Shown: one piece after another, positions 58,323 through 64,000 of the stretch
Layout: every line of letters starts with the position of its first letter
Position numbering within the stretch: position 1 is the stretch's first letter
DNA from: Vicugna vicugna
Lineage: Eukaryota
Assembly: GCA_013265495.1 (NCBI GenBank)
Contig: MU063499.1
Location: 248,001-312,000 of the forward strand
Reading direction: 5' to 3'
Length of the DNA stretch: 64,000 nt
Position numbers and translations under genes: made by a program
Notes under the pieces: generated by a model
What the model was told of the DNA's origin: nothing
Seen by the model: only the letters and a program-made list of their open reading frames with translations
Database searches by the model: none

Positions 58323-61300
58323 CTAGCTGGGGGCCTCACCCAGCACTGGGAATTCTTTGCACATCTCTCGGACAATCATGCGGTCCATCTGGCACTGGGG
58401 TGAGGTGTCCTCCTCAGTTAGGATGCGTCGCAGTGTGGCCTGCAGGTCAGGGAGCCGATGGCGGTGCTGCAGGTAGGGCGTGGAGCGGACCACAGCGTGC
58501 ATCAGGGAGAGGTACTCCATGCGCAGCTGCGGGAAGAGCAGGCAAGCTCAGGGACCCCAGGGAGGCACTGCGACTGCTGTCAGACACGGAGAGGCCACTG
58601 CTGCCTCCTGGCAGCCACATGGATCCAGGGCTGTGGACTATCTCACACCACTGAACATCAGGATTGCATCCCCGGCACCCAGAATGTACCCAGCACAGAA
58701 ATGGCCTTTGATAGTCATTGAATAAGTAAGTGAATATGTGAATCATCTCAGACACACAGTCCCAGAATAGGGCCAGCCCAGGAAGTCCTGGCTCAGAGAG
58801 GTGGTGAGGGGAAGCAGCGAGCCCCCACCCCACCTTTAATGCTGGGCTCTCGTGGGGCTGCTGTCTGTCTGTCCGAGGCCCTCCACTTCTTAGTCTGTCC
58901 TCACAGCCTGGAAAATCTGGTTTACGCTCACAGCTTCAAATTCTGACCAACACTCATACCTCTTGCCTAGGCTCTCCAGTGAGCTCTAGACCTAAATATC
59001 CGTCTGCCCACTTGTTATCTGCTTATCACAGAGAGACCTCATGATCTTCCTCGTCTTCCCAAAGCTGAGGGCCTTTTCAGGTTCTTTATGTTAATGAAGA
59101 GCACTGCTATCCTTTCAAATGCTCGAGCCAAAACTGTAGGCATCCTCTCTGATTCCTCTCTCCCCACAACCCAAATCCAGTCCATCCCTGAGACCTGGCT
59201 GTCTTAACTTCTGCAGGTGCCCTGAATCCATCTCCACCCCACCCACTCTCCCAGCACTTCTGGCTTTACCAGCTCCTTATCCTGAGACCCCCCCACCCCG
59301 TCCACTGATCTGGATCCCCCCACACCATCTCTCATTTCTCTCTTTACCTCCGATTAGAGGAATGAATATCAAAACCACCTGAAGGCAGCATCACCCTGCT
59401 ACCTCCCAACCCTGGTCAAACGAAAAAGCAGCTGCAAATCCAATCCTAGTATCTAAGCGGCAGACAACTACAGGGCCGTGCACAGGCAGGAATGCCATTC
59501 CCCACCACAGATCTCACCGCCTGGACTCCCACCACTTTTCTCTGGCACATTCACTCCTCTTTGAAGGACCACTTGAACCATTTGAAGGACCACTTGAAGG
59601 ACCTCATTGAAGGACCACCTTCTCTGTTTTCCCAACCTCAACTGCCTGGTCAGCTGGCCTTGTGCTTCATGGAGGAAACAAGCAGTCTTCAGACACCACT
59701 GGTCTTCCCCTTTGCACCCACCTCACTCATTCCCACCGAATGAGCTGCCCCAGCTCCGGTCAGGGCCATCCCTCCACGGGGTCTGGATCCTCCCCGCTCC
59801 CGCTGCCTGATCTATTTGACTTCTGCTTGACCCCTGTAGTGGCCACTCTCCCAACACATTAGCCAGTCCTCCCCATTTGCTGGGTCATTTCTTGTGGCTG
59901 AGACGTGCACCAGCATCTCCCACCTTTAAAACATTTTCCCTGACCCCACAGCTCCCTCCAGTGACTCCCTCCACTTTTTTCTGCTCCCCTTCACATAAAA
60001 ACTCATTCACTGCTCCCACTTGCCCCCTTTCACTCCCCTCCAAGTTCAAATCCTCTCTTCAACTTTCCACACAGACTCTCTTCCCTCCACTCCACTGACA
60101 TTGCTTGCTGGTCACCCCCGACCTCCGTGTGGCAAATCCAGGGCTCATCCCCCCCTGCCTCTAATCACATGGCTTTGGGCTCTAGCTCTCCTGGTTTTCC
60201 TCCTGAGTGTCTCCCTACTTGCCTCAACTCTGCCCCAGGCTGAGGCCTGAGCTTACTTCTGACCCCTCCATCTCACACCCAAGGTGACCTCACTGTCACA
60301 GTTTTTCCATCACCTCTATGCACAGGCAACTCCAAGTGTCTCTTTCCAGTCCCAGCCCACACCCCACTTCCTCCCTGACGTCCTCCGTACCTGGATGTCC
60401 AGCAGGTAGCTTCTCAACCTTGACACATCTAAACACAACTTTATTTTTCTCCCCAAAGTTCTGCCCCACCTCAGCAATCAGCACTTCATCTACCCAATCA
60501 CTCCAGACTAACCCAGCAGTGAGCCCTGCCAGCCCACTTCTAACACACGTGACCTCCCCTCCCACCCCATCCGTGCCTCTTGGACAGCTACGGCTGGGTC
60601 CTAGCCAGTATCCCACTTCCACTGTGATCCCTCAGAGTCTCCGTTCCATTCGGAATGCTAATCAGATCACTTCCCCTGCCTCTGAGTCGGGGTGACAACC
60701 TCCCACTGCAGCCTCCAAGGCTTGGTGTCAATGCCACTTCCTCTTCTTGTGTCCCTCCATTCCTGCTTCCTCCAGACAGCCCCCCATCACATGATGGCAG
60801 ACTCCTCTGGACCTTGGCACTCCTGTCACGGTTTCCAAGCGGCCACCCACACTCACCTGGCTCCAGCAGTGCCCCTCACCTGTGGGACATGTCTTCAGTG
60901 TCACGTCCCCCCATTTTGTCACCGTTTTCACCCAGCTACCATCCCCTCGGCAGCAGCCTCCAGGCACCTTGTCTCCAGGCGACAGGTCGGCGATGTGACG
61001 CACGGTGATGTCGATGAGCGCCATCATGTCCGTGTGGTAGAAGATAGCAGCCGTGGCAGGGCTGGCGAACACGTCCTGCAGGAACTTCAGGATGGAGTGT
61101 GGCGGCTGTGGCTCATGTTTGAAGATGCGCACGGGGTCGTCTGGAAGGCAGGGGCAGGAGGGGTCAGGGAGGCCCTAGAGGGGGGCCCAGAGTCACTCCG
61201 GGGAGTGATGGGGGCCGTGGAGTCACAGGACACTGAAGTGGCGCTGCACAGATTCCTGGGCTCACCTCCTCTGTTCAGGAGCAACAGCAGCTTCTCGGAG

Positions 61301-64000
61301 AAGATCTTGACGTTGGCGTGTTTGCTCAGGGCGGCCATGATGACGTTCTGGTCAGGGGCTGAGGGAGGACATGGGTGTAGACGAGAGCACAGGTGCTAAG
61401 CCTGGGGAGCGCCCTCTTCCTGGCGGGTCAGCCACCCTGGCTGGGCCCCGCCCCCACCTGGCAGGTGCAAGTTGAGAGCCAGAAGTAGGTTCATGCAGAG
61501 ATCCGGCAGCTGCTCCGTGGTGTCCAGAGGCAGCCCATCCTCGACGATGTTCAGCAGGAACTGGGCGAAGGGTGTGCCCAGGTGCTCTGGGAGGGGGGCA
61601 CACAGAAGCTGGCAGCCCTGCCCCACCCTCGACACCGCCCAGCCTCCCGGGGTTCCTGTGAGCCCTGGGGACGCTCTGTCAGATTATGGTCAGTGGGTCA
61701 CCAGCCCCTCAGGCCACGGCTCCCATCTCCAGCTGGCTGTGGGCTCCCTGTGGTCAGCTGCTCTGCCTTCTTACCATAGTGTGCATAGGGCACTGCCTCC
61801 CCCATGGAGAAGACCATGGCCAGGATGAGGGCGGAGTAACAGAGTTTCTGGTGGTCTGTGGGGGAGCAAAGCAGGTGGTTAGAGCTCCCCCAGATGGTGG
61901 GAAAGCCCCCAGCTGGCAGGAAGCTCCCCCAGTCTCACCCTGTGTGTCTGTCTGCATGTCCCGTGCCAGCTCCACGGGCAGCACAGATGACACGAGTGTG
62001 GAGATGATGGCTGCGTCCAGGCTGCACATGGCGCCAAAGCACTTGAGAAGCAGCAGCCGCAGGGACACCCGGTGCTCCTGGCAGGGGACCTTGTGTGCTC
62101 AGTGCCTGGAACTCCCACCTCTGCCCAGGTCCCTCCATGCCCCGATCCCCTCTGCCTCACACACACCATTTGGTAGTAGGCCACCAAGGCCAGGACAGAC
62201 TCGAACTCGTTTCTCTTGCACATTTTCTTGCAAACTTCAGGGTCTGCGTCCGTCTGTGGGGAGGAGGATGCGTGATGGGTCACTCAGTGGCTACATGTGA
62301 GTGGGCAGAGGATGAGCAGGGGAGACTCCTTCACGCTGGGAAGGGAGGATGGGGCAGGGTGGGGGCTACCTGGGGGCCCCCACCCCGCACCAGAATGTGC
62401 AGCAGCTCCTCCAGGTAGCAGCGGATGACACTCTCGTCCTCATACAGGGCCCAGCTGCGCTGCTGGGCATCGTCCTTCCGCCGAGCCAGGTCTGCAAAGA
62501 TCACCTCCAGCCGCTGCTGGTCATGGCAGACCTGCCCTGAGGGCAGGGCAGTGCTTAAGTCCTGCAGGGAGAGGGTGAGGCCTGACTCAGCTCACTTGCC
62601 CCCACCATCTCCAGCAGGCCCCGGAGGCCTGGAGCTCAACCCGGACCATGAGGTCTGGGAAGGGGCTCGGCCTCTCCCAGTCAGCATCCTCCCAGGTTCT
62701 CTTCCTTCCTCCTCACTGCTCCCCATCAAGCTCCCACAAAAGACCCGTTCCCACAGCTCAGCTCTCAACATCAAGGCTCCCGATGGCACCGGCCCAGTTC
62801 TCTACCCCCTCTCCAAGTAATTCCACCACCCTCAAGTCGTGATAACCTCCTGGGACGGGACTCTGCATAGGACACATCTGTGGGGTGTTTTCCAATTACT
62901 TGCCTCTTGTCCAGATCCGAATAAATGTCCTCCACGAGGAAGGCCATGGACTCCGTCACTGCCTGAATGTGACTCAAGACTCCACTCCCTGATTCTACAC
63001 AGAGTGGAGCCCTGAGGAGGGACCTCTGGCCCATCTGGCCCCCACTGTGTGGACTGGGCTCATACCCTCCCATCCTGATCCCTGACCAGTGACCCAACAT
63101 CGACAAAGGACCCCACACACCCTATGATGTCCACACACCTCACTCACATCTGGGTCAGCCCTCTGGCCTCTGCCATAGCTCTTGAGACTCCACAGCCAAG
63201 GCCAGCAAAGCACTGCCCTCTCTCGTGTCCTATGTCCATTCCTTCCCTGCAGCCTGAGAGACCTCTTGGCCACCCACATCTGTCTCATCTGTCACCTGCC
63301 CCAGATCTCACCTCCTCCCACACTCCCTGCTCTCTCCCTGACTCCATTTTCCAGCCATGCTGGCCTTATTGCACTCCCTCCCATGAGCCAAGTTCGGTCC
63401 TGCCTCATGGCCCTCATCCTGGCTGAATCTCTGCCTGGAACGCTTTTCCTCCCTTTCTCCATCATATCCCCAGCACCCAGCACGATGAAGCTGAGAGCTG
63501 GAGCTCAACAATACCTGTCAGGTAAGGGCCAGACACAGTGTGAGGGTGGGGATAGGGTGGGGGCAGCAGGGTGGGCCCAGGATGGGGAGGCCCCTGGCTC
63601 TGCTGCCCACCCTCACCTTGCCCTCTACCAGCGAGAGGAGGACCTGCTCCATGACAGGTGAGCTGGCCGGCACGGAGGCCTGGATGTGACCCACCACGAC
63701 ACCAATGGCCACGCGGCACAGCTCGTGACTCAGGCCGGTGTTTCTCCGCACGAGCTCCATCAGCTCTGCCCCGATGGTCCTGGGCACGGCAGTCTCAGCC
63801 ACGGCCTTCTCCTCTGTGGTCCCCAAGCTTAGCGCACCCAGGGCCTCCAGCTCATCGGGGGCCGAGGCTGTATCACCTGTCACCTCCTCTGTAGAGGGCT
63901 CAGGATTTGGCACCTTTGAGGGAGGGGGCTGAGCTTGGGACACAGTGGTGTGGGTGCCTCGGCGGGGCACAGGTGGGGGCGTGGGTGAGCAGCTGGGGCC
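58323..64000 (-). CDS. NCKIPSD: NCK-interacting protein with SH3 domain (SPIN90/DIP/WISH), 3' part
   Basis: Exons 63617-64000 (truncated by window edge), 62391-62561, 62167-62253, 61939-62077, 61775-61855, 61458-61586, 61266-61358, 60968-61140, 58323-58526. All GT-AG and phase-consistent. ...[10 protein letters not shown]...[22 protein letters not shown]...[22 protein letters not shown]...[20 protein letters not shown]...[10 protein letters not shown]. Confidence 0.97.
58890..60660 (+). mobile_element. Several L2 fragments in the last NCKIPSD intron
   Basis: ctctccagtgagctctagacctaaatatcc...ccaaaactgtaggcatcctctctgattcctctctc...ccaaatccagtccatc; second piece tggatgtccagcaggtagcttctcaaccttgacacatctaaacaca. 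Confidence 0.55.
59561..59618. repeat. Short tandem repeat TTGAAGGACCAC, 4-5 copies
   Basis: ttgaaggaccacttgaaccatttgaaggaccacttgaaggacctcattgaaggaccac. Confidence 0.8.

Noticed and set aside
60692-62300. 235-aa and 204-aa plus-strand ORFs
   Set aside because: Antisense to closely spaced NCKIPSD exons; no independent coding signature.

Overview
GC-rich mammalian genomic DNA, syntenic with human 3p21.31. Five protein-coding genes lie in tandem, all on the minus strand: UQCRC1 (exons 1-6; continues off the left edge), TMEM89 (2 exons, 156 aa), SLC26A6 (21 exons, 762 aa), CELSR3 (35 exons plus a 15-nt microexon, about 3314/3319 aa, with a 140-N gap in exon 1) and NCKIPSD (last 9 coding exons; runs off the right edge). 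I placed every exon by hand from splice sites and reading phase. tRNA-derived SINEs resembling camelid Vic-1 suggest a camel/llama/alpaca genome (inference). Repeats include an intact solo LTR with a 6-bp target-site duplication, Tigger1-derived MITEs, a hAT remnant, and L1, L2, MIR and MLT fragments. The most interesting signals are regulatory layers on CELSR3: two tandem long-spacer REST/RE1 elements inside coding exon 1, a canonical upstream RE1, a stop-start chained uORF relay ending in TGATG on the main start codon, six miR-30 seed sites in the 3' UTR, and a skippable microexon. Also notable are a splice-donor/E-box repeat array and a tailed-mirtron hairpin in SLC26A6 intron 1, a candidate poison exon in UQCRC1, and a poly(A) signal inside the TMEM89 coding sequence. 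All comparisons to human come from memory, not from a search.
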